NCBI RefSeq assembly: GCF_004010195.1 | Contig: NW_025214739.1 | Location: forward strand, 1-50,000 | Reading direction: 5' to 3' | Source: Chiloscyllium plagiosum | Taxonomy: Eukaryota | Length of the DNA stretch: 50,000 bases | Shown: one piece after another, positions 37,931 through 50,000 of the stretch | Layout: each line of letters begins with the position of its first letter | Position numbering within the stretch: position 1 is the stretch's first letter | The notes under the pieces: generated by a model | What the model saw: only the letters and a program-made list of their open reading frames with translations | What the model was told of the DNA's origin: nothing | Databases searched by the model: none | Made by a program: the position numbers and the translations under genes

Positions 37931-39189
37931 TATGACGTGACACTTGCGATCTACACTCCCGTGTGACCTGGCTGAGTGAGATACTGTAGATTGACCTGAA
38001 AGGTAGAGTTATTAACAAACCCTGAGTGTCTTCAGGAGAGGAATGGAGAAAATAGAAAGCTGATTTGCTGTCATTGTAATGTTGTCTTTTAGTTACACCA
38101 CTGAACTAACCAGTTTCACATTAACCAGTCTCTGCAAATGTTATACAAATGTTATTCCCTTGCTGTAAAATGAGGTGAGTGTTCATTGCAAAGATGGAGG
38201 TTAAAGACTTTGATTGTTAGTTAAAGATTGGAAATGATTGCTAACGATGCATAACAAAGGCAAGTCTAAACTAGCTATTATTGTGATCTGAGTGTCGATT
38301 ATACCTAACTAATAACAAAAATGGAAGCTACCATTAAATTGTTGGTCACCTGGAATGAATGAGACAATGACCATCTCTCAGCTTCATGTGGAGAAACTTC
38401 CAGCAGTGGTGTTTTAAGAAGAAGCAAACCTCATGTCAATGGCAACATGTTTTTTTATATTTTGAAAATATACTTTATTCATAAAAATATATACATATGT
38501 AGTCACTGAAGCAGTTTGGTTCTGTACAGTAACATGTGCAAAAACAAACAACATGTTGTGCTGCAGTTATTGGTATTTGCAGCTGCTGGGATGTATCTTG
38601 GTCTCTGCTTTGCAAGTCCCAGTGATAGTGTTGTCTCTTTCAAATTGGGAGAACTGCTTTATTGCTAGCCCTCCATCTGAGTTTTTAATCCTGCGATCAA
38701 TTCCAATATCAACAATGCAGAAAGAAGACAAATTGAAGAGGAGGAGGAGGTGGCGACAGCTTGAGAACAGTTTGAGACAATTACTGACGTCATCTGAATT
38801 GTGGCCTCCTACTCAATGAGCTCCGTTTATATAATTTGCAGTGTCTGGAAACAACTTTGCGAATGAAATTAAATTGATGACGTCACTGAGGGGTGATTAT
38901 AGGTTAAATAAGAAATTAATAGCTAGTTGTTTAGGTGAGAAGTTCGTGGGGCGTATTACTTTGTAATTTTCCTGACCTTGTTTAATCAAAGCTCCTCAGG
39001 GACTGGGGGATTTTTCTATACAGAAGCCGCAGGTTACAATCTGTTCAGTGGTAAATTTGACACTGCTTTTGGTACACCTTCTTTCCTTTGTAGTGGAGCA
39101 ACAGAATCTCTATTAACTAATAGTGTTTTTAATTGCTCACAGGTTAATTTCCTTCCGTGCACAAGGTTTCAGCAGTTCACTTTCCACCA

Positions 39190-39392
39190 AAGTTAAAAAT
39201 CATACAACACCAGGTTATAGTCCAACAGATTTATTTGGAGGCACTAGCTTTCGAAGCACTGCTTCATCGTCAGGAGGTTGATGAAGAAGCAGTGCTTCGA
39301 AAACTAGTGCTTCCAAATAACTCTATTGGACTATAACCTGGTGTTATATAATTTTTAACTTTGTCCAGCCCAGTCCAACTCCTCCAAATCAA
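39190..39392. mobile_element. Short palindromic Penelope-derived insertion (third family)
   Basis: Near-perfect ~175-bp palindrome with a hammerhead-like motif in each arm; 9-bp TSD TTTCCACCA (39181-39189, 39393-39401). Confidence 0.8.
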
Positions 39393-40963
39393 TTTCCACC
39401 AGTATGACTCTCCCCTGGTTAATGACTTCATCTGTCGGTTTTCATTCCTCGGCTCTTGAAGATGATGCTTTCAGTCATGGTATAGTTTAATGCACCTAGG
39501 AAGCCCAAGTAAAAAGAAAGACTTGCATTCATGTAGCATTTTTCACCTCAGAATATCTCAAAATGCTTGAATCTAATCATTGTGTAAATGGCCGTTTTTA
39601 ACATAGGTTTAGACATTAGTGGGTCATGTTGCCATGTGGATAATCTCAAGACAATTCTGTTCTGATCTTATGTATTTCTTTCATCCACTTTTGAGTTCAG
39701 TTTAACAAGCGGTGAACAAGACCCTAACTAATCCTAGTTTGTAAAGCTAAGCTTTAAGCAAAGCTAAACTAAACCAAGTTTATATAGCATCTTTACTACC
39801 AATCTGAGTGCAATCAACAGTGTTGCAACTAAGATAACCAGGCAGTGAAGGGCTGAACCAGAGCCCAGTCTTTACACACTGATAATTCTTTAACCAAAAC
39901 ATGTTCCTTCAAAACCAACAACTTCCATATATTTCCATATATAGAAACATAAATAAGTTTGAGTTACTGCCCAGTATCTGAATTCAATTAAGCACTCAAT
40001 TAATATATAATTAACATTGAAGTCGTTATTGGACAAGCAAATGGATGCACATGGAATAGTGTAGGTGGGATGGGCTTCAGATTGGTATGACAGGTCGGCG
40101 CAACATCGAGGGCCGAAGGGCCTGTACTGTGCTGTAATGTTCTATGTTCTATTGAGATTCATCAGTGTCCAGCACACGGGTGAGTAAATGAATGAAAAAT
40201 GTTCACAATATTCTGGGGAAAGTGATGTACAATCACAGCTTGATTATTTCTTATTCTGTCTTGGAAATTTCCTAGTAAGAAGTTGGGAATGGAGTAACTT
40301 ACTATAATTGCAAAGAAACTTTCTGACTAAAACATGCTCAAAAAAGACATTTATTTTGAAGCTTACAATATGAAACTTATAGACACTCATTAATGTGAAG
40401 CTTACGATAAGAAATTGCATGAGAAGAGCCTTGTCATATCCAGATCACCTTCATTTAAGCAGAGCAAGCTAAAAGGAGAATTAATGGAGGTTAATTCAGA
40501 AGGTTTACATAGTGAATCTACTTGATCCAATACTTGCTTTTATATGTCTTAGTTAAGTCTTTTTATTGGAAAAAAGTTACTCAATTGCATTTAAGATTGA
40601 ACAGAACAGCATGAACTAACACTGTGAAACTGAAACATTGAGTGTGTGTGGTAGAATGTGAACGTCAAATGGTGGCCCTGAAACTAAAATTAAATATTTG
40701 GATGTTGAAATAAGTGACAGAAATGAGTAAGCTGCAAGTCATTGCAAAACTGAAACCTCCTGAAAGTGGAGTCATTTTGAAAAAGGAATAAGAGAACATG
40801 AAACAGAAGAGGGATATTGGTTTATCAAGTCTTTTTTTTCCCACATGCACCACATGCAATCCACTCCATTGTGGAATCTACCCACCTGTTTAATTTCTTT
40901 AGAGAAAGTTCCACATAAATACTCCCTGGTACCCAATGATTTTGAAGCAAAGCTCCAGAGTAC

Positions 40964-41288
40964 AGGCGGCAAGGTGGCACAGTGGTTAGCACTGCTGCCT
41001 CACAGCTCCAGAGACCCGGGTTCAATTCCCACCTCAGGCGACTGACTGTGTGGAGTTTGCATGTTCTCCCTGTGTCTGCGTGGGTTTCCTCCGGGTGCTC
41101 TGGTTTCCTCCCACAGTCCAAAAGATGTGCAGGTTAGGTGAATTAGCCATGCTAAATTGCCCGTAGTGTTAGGTAAGGGGTAAATGTACGGGTATGGATG
41201 GGTTACGCTTCGGCGGGTCGGTGTGGACTTGTTGGGCCGAAGGGCCTGTTTCCCCACTGTAATCTAAACTAAAAAACTAAAAACTAAG
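40964..41288 (+). mobile_element. HE1-like V-SINE (young subfamily, similar to 4636-4945)
   Basis: Full head/V-domain/tail. Confidence 0.9.
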
Positions 41289-41376
41289 TACTGGTCCATA
41301 CCAACAGTACTGGCTGCTGTGTCACACACAACATTCCTTGCCCTCTATCTTCCTACCAACCATTCAAATAGACAAC

Positions 41377-42522
41377 TGTAGTGACCAGGTGAGGAGGGGT
41401 GATCAGCTCCTTTTTTTAAACCCATTTTTGGTCAGTTGTAATAAGTATTGTAAAAACTGTGTCTTCTTAAGTCTAATTTCTAATTGTGGCCTGAAATGAG
41501 AAAGAAAGAACTGTTTTAAAAATGAAGGATGGTAGGGGGATTGTTGCATGTTTGAAAGCAAATAACCTGACACTCATTGTTTGCACAGCTGCTGATTTAG
41601 CAGTAGTTGAAGTGTACTTTGCAGATAAGTTGGAGTGAAAGGGGTGCATACAAATGGAGCTTTGGTTGGTGCAAGTAACTGATTGGTCTATGGGCTAGTA
41701 ACTGGTTATCGATGACAAAGGCATTCTGCCTGTCAACAGCTATGTGATTGGTTCTCAGTTAGCTGAACGGCTTTGACCTGTGAAAAAAATAGTGAGAAAC
41801 CTTTAGAGCCCCATCAACTCAGGAGCTCTCTCTGTTCTCAGCATTAAAAGCCACTTTAGACCTGAAGAAAATCATTTTATTTTGCCTCTGGCAGTTAATT
41901 AATGAGTCAGAGACTTTTTAAAAGTGACCCAGCCATGTTGTGCTTCTGGAAAACCAGAGGAAGCATCTGGAAAAAGAAGATGAAGAAGCACTCTCTGATC
42001 AGCACAAGAACGATCTTGGCAACTCTTGTGAGCAAGGACCATTGACCTGTCTTCCCAGTTTATCCCTCTGTCGATAAGCTGTAATTTAAAAACATAGAAT
42101 ATAGATCAGCATGAGAATAGGCCGCTTGGTCCACCATGTCTGTGCTGACCATGATGTCAATGTAAACTAATCCCATCTACTTGAGCACAGTCCATATCCC
42201 TGTATTCCCTACCTGGTCATTTTTTTTTCTTTATCTCCCTGCTTGTGTGTGTAATGAGGAGCTTATTAGGGAGTTCAAGTTTAAATATTGGTGTTATATA
42301 TCTATAGGTCACAATTATTTACCCTAAGCTGGTGTCTGAATGCTTGTAATAAACAGTAATTTCTATTAAATAGTGAAACCTGGTCTGTGCTTTCTGTCAA
42401 TTTGGGTCTAAATGATTGGTTAAATGGAGAGATTTGTATATTTCAAAACATTTAACTTCTGTGATTTCTCTGGGAATAGTAGGGCCTGATTTCCAATGTG
42501 CTATCCCAGTGAAGTGTTATAA
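41377..42522 (+). mobile_element. Possible solo LTR, with a CR1 tail inserted near 42090-42220
   Basis: Starts TGTAGTGACCAGGTGAG, has CCAAT/ATTGG motifs and AATAAA near 42348, ends ...ccagtgaagtgttata. No clear TSD or paired LTR. Confidence 0.3.
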
Positions 42523-42607
42523 TGTTCTTTTTAGTCATAACACTTCAATTCAAGTTGGTTTACCAATCAGAAATGGAGAGAAACCAGTTCCAGGGTTTTC
42601 TTGAATG

Positions 42608-42683
42608 AAAGAAAGTGGAATTTTATCACATTTTCAACATGAGGAAAAGAAAGTGGAATTTTATCACATTTTCAACATGAGGA
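42608..42683. repeat. Perfect 38-bp tandem duplication
   Basis: AAAGAAAGTGGAATTTTATCACATTTTCAACATGAGGA occurs twice in tandem. Confidence 0.95.
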
Positions 42684-43565
42684 GAAAAGGCAACATCGAA
42701 TGCTTACATGCAATGCAGATAATAAGCTAAAAGGAAGAGGGGAGGAGTGTGTCTACAGAGACAGAAAGATACAGGAAGATACAGAATGGAGTTTTTAGAA
42801 CCCACTGTGAAAGTAAAACTTGAATCCCAACAATTTAGTTGTAGCATTGCTTCCTCAGGAATATAGAAGTTTCTAGAAACCTTGATTTCTCAGTGAACAG
42901 TGGTTTTTCCAAGTTTCCTTTTCACTGGCATTGCTATTTCAAATTGGGCGAGAGAGCGAGAGAGAAGAGCTTTCAGTATTCCTGCTGTTATCAATCTGTG
43001 TTACTTTCTCTCACCTTTATTTCTCAAAGCAACTGTATTATAGGTCAAAGCTACTGTATTAGGCTTCATTCACATATTATCAATCTACCTCCTTTGACTT
43101 CATCAAATTGAACACTCTGCAGGTTTCATCTCTTTTCAGCTCCATATGCGAGTGTGAGTAAAACGAGAGCTGCAATGTTTTTGATATTTCATTGAGTTTC
43201 AGCATGTCTTGATTAAAATGGTAATTCTGATGCAGCCGTTTTCATATATTCCATATGAACGCTTGGACTTGTCAGCTGAGCACAAACCCTGTTTTGGTTA
43301 GGGGTGTCCTGTTTCAATTAAAACCATATTTCAGTCCATGTAAGACTCTAGGGTATTAAAGTTGATTGATGAAAAGTTGAATAATGGTAGTCCATTTTTA
43401 TTCAGCGTGTAAGAGTATTTAAGTTCCTCAGTCTGCGCTGGTCCCATTGATCTCCAATCCCATTGATTCAGCAACACACTGAAAAATAACTTGACCTGAG
43501 CATGTTCAAGGTATTTTTCCAATGTTATATTTTCCCCTTTAAAAATGTATTTCTAATTTTGACAG

Positions 43566-43673
43566 CATGCAAATCATCACATGGAATGTTGGCACTGCGG
43601 TTCCACCCGATGATGTTTCTTCACTTTTGGGTCTGAATTCAGTTGATGCAAGAATTGACATGTATGTCATTGG
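43566..43673 (+). CDS. INPP5J: INPP5J exon encoding the start of the 5-phosphatase catalytic domain
   Basis: Acceptor ctaattttgacag|, donor GG|gtaagt, 108 nt, phase 2 to phase 2. Translates (S)MQIITWNVGTAVPPDDVSSLLGLNSVDARIDMYVI(G), the TWNV...D.Y.IG(LQE) motif of INPP5J/K. The head-to-head position with SELENOM, as recalled for human chr22, favours INPP5J. Confidence 0.9.
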
Positions 43674-44484
43674 GTAAGTTAAGACTTTCCTTTGATTCGG
43701 GATTTGTGAATATCACAATTATTGACAGGGTGAATGATGTTAGTGGTAAGAAATGAAATACCTTTGTATTTGTATTTACTAACTCAATGCAAATTGGGTG
43801 TTGATGGCAAAACTTTTGAGGCTCAAGAGTTATCTTTAGATCCAGTGCATCTCATGGTGTCACACCTCAGTCCCAGGTTTGATTCTCAGCTTGTGTTGAG
43901 ATATTTAATGACAGATGTCAGATGTTATAGTTGTCCTCAGTAGCTTTCAATAAGAAGGAGAAATGTTTACCCAAGTTCCTGTTTGTCATGCTGTGCTCCA
44001 GGTGGAAAGGGGCAACGCAGATACTGACTGGTCTTGTAATGTCAGTGGCCTAGTAATCCAGAGGTGTAGGCTCCTGATCTGGCAATATGAGTTCAGGTCC
44101 CACCATTGCAGCTAGTGGAATTTAAATTCAATAATTAAAATCTTGAATTGAAAGCTATCTCAGTGATTATGACTATGAAACTAGCACTTATTGTTAAAAT
44201 GTGGAAGTAGAAAAAGGGAGAGATTGAGTGTGATGAAAATTATGCTCGCGCTCTTGCAGGTGATTGAAAAGTGTAGAGATGTCCCAAGCGAGTGAGGAGG
44301 CAGCGGTGAGGTTGTGCAGGGTTACCAGTGTAGGATACTGGGAGGTTAGGGTGATGGGAATGAGAACAAGTGAGGAAAGATGTTACAGGCAGTAGTGAGA
44401 GTGGCATGAGCCTTGGGTAGGAGGTGGGTGCAGTAGCAGAGAGAGAGTTAGTGTGAGGTTTCAGAGAGAAAGTGGTGGCATTTA

Positions 44485-44712
44485 TCCTGGTGGAGTGGAG
44501 AAGGTCACTGGCCTTCTTACAGCACGGCTGGCCATTCTTCCACACCAGAGAGATGGCATTGATCCAGACAGCAACCTCTGACCAGGCTGCAAGGGCCTGG
44601 GAGTGTGTCCTCCTCTACCAGTTCTCTGGGAAAAGGACTCCAGTCCTCGACATCACCCCCTTGATCGGAGCCTCCAGATTTCTGTCAGAGAGTTGCGATG
44701 CCCCCTTCCCTT
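44485..44712 (-). pseudogene. Myb/SANT-like DNA-binding domain relic, probably from a Harbinger transposon
   Basis: One frame reads GKGASQLSDRNLEAPIKGVMSRTGVLFPENW*RRTHSQALAAWSEVAVWINAISLVWKNGQPCCKKASDLLHSTR, fitting the ...F(S)..E.E.L...V..R..VLF...AW.E(V/I)A..VNA.....R...QC.KK..DL pattern; one in-frame TAG at 44615-44617. Confidence 0.7.
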
Positions 44713-45404
44713 CTCTGAAATCTTCAGAATGACAGTCCACCCCGAGCAGGGCAGCTTCGATATGCCAGTGTGCATTCTGGCACAGCAGCCTTTTAAAAAT
44801 GGTATGGTCCCCAGTCTTTCGGGAGGTTATCCAGGAATGATGAGCTGTTTTGGGAATGGTGAGTGATGAGATAAGCCTCAAATCAAGTGAGAGGGGTGTT
44901 GCAGGGCCGGGATAGTTGGTTAATGAGGAGGTTTTCTAAAATACAGTGAGAGATCTTGTTAGGTTTTGTAGTGAGAAATCCTCCATAACAATCAACAAAA
45001 CCGACATTTAGTCACAAGACATAAGATTCAGCACATTTGTTTCCTATATACTGAAGTTCTGAAAATAAAGCCCAGGATTTTGTCTTAACCTGACCTGCCA
45101 CCTTCAACAATTTGTGTGCACATCACCCTGGGTACCTCTGCCACTGCACCCTCGTGAGAATTGAATCCTTAATTTTTTATTGACTTTCCTGGTTCTTCCC
45201 ACCAAAATGTATCACTTCACATGTTGCTGCTCATGATGCCATGCTTGGTTTTAAAAGTTGTCAGATTGTAATGGAAGAAAAGACTGAGCAAGATTGGAGT
45301 TCCACAGATTTGGGGTCCTGTAAATTTAATGATAAATCTCAATAACTCTCTTGGTCATTTGTCTGAATTGACATTTGAGAGTCCTCACTGTTCACACTCT
45401 AAAA

Positions 45405-45570
45405 AATGTGCAGGTTAGGTGAATTGGCCAAGTTAAATTGCCCGTAGTGTTAGGCGAAGGGGTAGATGTAGGGGAATGGGTCTGGATGGGTTGCGCTTCG
45501 GCGGGTCGGTATGGACTTGTTGGGCCGAAGGGCCTGTTTCCATACTGTAAGTAATCTAATCTAATCTAAT
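45405..45570 (+). mobile_element. 5'-truncated HE1-like SINE
   Basis: Begins at atgtgcaggttaggtgaattggcc and ends in an (AATCT)n tail. Confidence 0.85.
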
Positions 45571-46734
45571 TCTGTAACAACAATTACTGCTCTTCAATAC
45601 ATCTGACTTGCTTGTTAAATAAAAGCACCCTCTATTTTTGGGACTAATACAGTGAAGATGCAGGAAGAAACAAAAACCTTTGGATTGATACTTTTAGAGA
45701 GAAATTATACCCAGTCCTGGACTGGTTTGTGATGTAGATTACAAGCATCGTCATCCCAACAATTTGTATTCTTTATTATATCCATTAAACTACTAAATTA
45801 ATAGCTTTTACTTGTCTAGGATGCATACACTGTAGTCTAATCAAAGGGGTTCCCTCCTCTCTCAAATTTCTACGAAGATAATGTGGCGCTGTCTGATCTA
45901 CTTTTTACAGTCTTTTTACAGCCAGCAATTAGGGTTTCGGATGGTTCCATTTCTCTCACAGGCTCAGGGACACTGAGATTAGCTGAAATTCTCCACTTGA
46001 GATCAGTGAGCTCAGCACCAACAAAGAGCTGAACCTTAGACCCCCCTGCTGTAAAATGGTAGGTTCCTCTCCCAGTCTGCACTAATCCAATGTTATGGGC
46101 AAGTGGAACACTCTACTTTCATTTCAGTATGAATCTGTCTTCAAAATAAATGAAATTGTTTTGTGAGTGAGGGAATCAGCAAGTGATCAGGAATGAAATG
46201 CTTTTGTTCTGACATAAAGAATGAGACAATGAGAGGGAGATTGAATCTGTCATAACATTTTGTTCATCAACTTTGTTAATGAGGCGGAGACGGAAAAATA
46301 CCAGCAATAGTCAGCAACTCAGTTGGTGCTTGCATTAATTATTGATCAGGGTTCATTACAGTTGCTATGTCAATAAGCAGAAGAACAGGGATATTATAGA
46401 CACATATGAAGACAGGAAAAAGGAACAGGAATAGGGCAATCAGGTCCTTGCGCCTGCTCTGCCATTCAGCTAGATCATGGCTGATTTTGTGCCTCAACAC
46501 CATTTCCCTACACTATCCTCCATCCTTTGGCATCCATATTATTTAGAAAATTTCAGATTTTGCTTTGAATGTACTCTGACTGAGTCTCCATCTGTGGTGG
46601 AGAATTCCAAAGACCCACCACCCTCTGAGTGAAGAAATCCCTTCTCATCTCAATCCCAAATGGGCTACCTCTTACTCTCTTCCAGGATTCTCAATCCCCT
46701 CAGCCAGTGGTACCACCAGCGGAAGAGTCTGTAA

Positions 46735-48090
46735 TGTTTTAAATTTTTTGGATCACTTCCAGTCACAGCTGACAATATCACACTTTGGATGCAGAAAGAT
46801 CTGGTCCGAGCAAAACTGAGACAGCTGGTGGTGCTGGGGGAAACCAAAGGGCTATCACAGCTAGAACTGAAACTTTCTGGACAGACCACATCTTAGTAGA
46901 GGACTGTGAATTATTATGGGGAGCAAGAGTGATTGTCCTGAGCAAGGATCACTGCTGGAAACTGTCTTAAACCCACCAGGGTCATCCACGGGTTTCCAAA
47001 GTGAAAATGTGGTGAGACGTTATGTCTGGTGACCAGGATTGGATGCAGACATAGCTGCATTTGTGGGGCAGTGCCCAGAGTGCCATCAAGGACAAAACAC
47101 ACGGCCAGCAGCTCTCCCACATTCATGGGAATGGCTGGGTAAACCCTGGACTCAGTTACACATTGACTATGCAGGTCCTTTCATGGGCTTAATGTTCCTA
47201 ATTATTGTAGATGCCCATTCAAAGTGATTGGTCATTTGTCCATTTGTCAAACAAAGGACTGACAATAGAAAAACTGCGCACATCTTTTACAATACACAGA
47301 CTCCCGGAAGTGTTGGTCACAGATAATAGGATATTGTTTACCAGCAGGGATTTGAGTTTTTCCTAAAGTTGAATGGCTTTTGGCATTTAAGGACTCTTCA
47401 TATCATCCAGCATCCAATGGCCTAGCAGAAAGAGCAGCCCAAACATTGAAAGCAGGCTTGCAAAATCAGCCTACAGCTTTGCTAGAAACCAAACTTTCCC
47501 GGTTCCTAGTGACTATAGGACCACCCCTCATGCAACTACAGGGACAGCTCCAGCAGAGTTGCTAATGAGGCAAAGACTCTGCATCAGGTTAAATCTAATC
47601 TTCCTGGAGCTGGGGCAGGAGGGTGAAATGGCATCAGGAATGCTAATGCCAGACACGAGACTCCATTAAGCAGGAGAGACAGTTTACTTCAGGGGATGAA
47701 GTTTGGTGAAAGTACCAGAGAAATGGCCGTACATGGGTAAGAGGCATGGTCGACACGAGATCAGGTCTTGTGACGCATAAAGTTTGGGTCGGTGTGATGG
47801 TCCTGAACAAGCACATGGACCTTATTAAAGCTGCAAACTCACAAATGGTGCAGGAGCAGAACATGTCCTACCCCATGGAACAGTTGGAAAGACTGTCCGA
47901 ATCTGTGGGTTCTCCCTCTCTGTCAGGAGACCTCTGAATCTTAGATGGACACAGCGGATCTTGCATCATCGATGCCTTGCTGCAAGAAGAGAATGAACTT
48001 CCCCTGAGGTGCTCTGGGTGCAAGGGGCAAGCTCCTGTGCATTACACACCGCCTGTATCTGACACAGTGTCAGAGGAACTTGCCCCTTGC
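46735..48090 (+). mobile_element. Gypsy/Ty3 LTR retrotransposon pol relic (integrase region)
   Basis: Frameshifted WPGLDADIAAFVGQCPEC...WEWLGKPWTQLHIDYAGPFMGLMFLIIVDAHSK, LPEVLVTDN and YHPASNGLAERAAQTLK: zinc-finger and DDE integrase motifs. Confidence 0.88.
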
Positions 48091-50000
48091 CCCACGATCG
48101 GCCCAAATACTAAAGTAAATGATTTCAGATTTTTCTATATTATATTGCATTCAATTCCTTAGCCTGGTTAAATTCTATTGACGCCTCTTCGCAACTCATG
48201 TTCCCATCTAATTTTGTGTCATCAGCAACCTTGGAAATATTATATTTCATCACCACATCCATATCATTGACATAGATTATGATCAGCTGGTTCCCAATCA
48301 TCAATCCTTGTGGTACCTCACTCTCGTCACAACACAAATTACAGACTTCTCAAAAACCTTTTTCTCAATACTTGAGGTATTTTTTACTGTATTGAATAGT
48401 AGGGCTGGTTCTCTGAAGTGTGTTGGAAGTGTAGTGCTGATTGCAGCCTGTGTATTGGAATGAAACAAACTCCTATTGTGCAAGATGTTTCTAATCCATT
48501 AAGATACAGAATGCTTCATGCACTGGATGGTTAATATGGGGACAGGGAGCTGATTAACATACAAGATCCATTCAGTTAATCTCCATCTTGATGTGAATCT
48601 TGTCTGCCTACCAGACAAAGTCCTTTATACCGTGCACTGAAAATTACTAACATTCAGTGGAGGATGAAGGATTTTCACTGTTGCATTTCTGTCATGACAT
48701 GGCTAATTAAAATTCACTGATATGTATCAAATTTTGCCCACATTCGATTTGAGATCAAAGAACTTGAAATAAAATCACTACAGACGCATGGGACAGATTT
48801 TGACCTTGTATGATAGTGTAATACAGGTAATAAACTGCCTGGATTGCATTCCTCCCAATGGACTTGCTTGGGAATTAAATCTGAGCAAGATATAAAATAG
48901 ACAGTCAGTTTATTGTCAGCTCTTTGCTTAAACTACCTTCAACCATTGAGGCCTTCACCTTGGAGTTGGCTCCCTAAGCTTCTCTAACTTTCTCCATTCC
49001 TTTAAGACATGCCTTAAATTCTGCTTCCTTGATCAAACTGTCATGATATCGCCTTATGTGACTTGAGGTCAAATTCTGTTGGATTATACTGCAAAGAAGT
49101 GAAAGGTGCTGTTCATTGTAAATTGTTGCTATTCTATCACATAAAGCCAAAATCCTTCTGAGTGAATTGTCATTGCTTGCTTCGTTGCTTCATTGACGCT
49201 CTTCACCTTTATCATGTAGCCTCCTGTTATTGACCTGAGGCCCTGTATCCCTAGTTACATGCTCCTTCCACCTGTGTCTCCTAATCTTTATATAATAAGG
49301 AAACAGGCTCTTCAGCTCATCTGGAGCATCTGGTGTTCTGATCCAAACAAGCCTCCTTTCATCCAGTCATTTAACCTTATCCGTATACCCTTCTTATCTC
49401 CATAACATTTTTATCTACCTTCCCCTTAAATGGATCTTTAATTTCCCCTTTTCTATGGCCCCATGAACAAGATTTTTATACAGTATTGGCTGCTGTCCAA
49501 AATTCAAAGCAGCTATTTGTCCTTCTCTTCCTGCTGGAGTTATGTATAAAATAAAACACTAATCTTTGATGTGGTTAAAAGACAAACATCTAGGAAGTGT
49601 GGCTTTCCAGACACACTTTCCACAAATGCATTGGCCCTTTAAGATACAGATGACTGGTGTGTGCTGCTTACATTCCAGTTTTTTGACTCTGCACTTTCAA
49701 ATGAATTTTAAATGAAGTAATCACAGGTTTAATGCAACAGCTTAAATGCCCCGGAAACTGCTGTAAGCATTCTGAAAATTGGTTACTGACACAGTCAAGA
49801 TTTTATTTTCCCTATCCTTGGCAACAGCAGTATTCAAGACTGTAAAAGCCAGAGTACAACATTGGAAAATATTTTTAAATTATTTATTAATGTTGTTAAA
49901 AAAAACAATCAATTTTTTAGTAACAGGCAAAATAATTTCATAATTTGTGGCTTAATTGTGTTGTCTGAACAAACTGCATTTAGCTTGACTGGGGGCTGAT

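Noticed and set aside
45655..45680. atgcaggaagaa as the next INPP5J exon (LQEV)
   Set aside because: No suitable acceptor, and the downstream translation does not match the expected NS...D.W motif; that exon probably lies beyond the window.

Overview
Repeat-rich vertebrate DNA, almost certainly from an elasmobranch (shark/ray): it carries many HE1-like V-SINEs, CR1 LINE fragments, Deu-domain SINEs and Penelope-like elements (PLEs). Nearly all listed ORFs are artefacts of these repeats. Two real genes, both missed by the ORF track, diverge head-to-head. (1) On the minus strand are the first two coding exons of selenoprotein M (SELENOM; 5916-5806 and 5649-5614). They splice to signal peptide-...LARGRVE|TCGG(TGA)QLSVLTE, with the in-frame TGA at the selenocysteine position of the CxxU motif. 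(2) On the plus strand are two coding exons of an inositol polyphosphate 5-phosphatase, INPP5J by synteny (20765-20856 and 43566-43673). The remaining exons of both genes were not found and probably lie outside the window. Also present: a 1.35-kb 20-bp minisatellite with a higher-order duplication abutting the INPP5J 5' region, minimal hammerhead-ribozyme motifs in several PLE families, a TTAA-flanked long-TIR element, a Harbinger-type Myb/SANT relic and a Gypsy integrase relic. No clearly new biological system was identified. All family calls come from recalled motifs, not database searches, and repeat boundaries are approximate.
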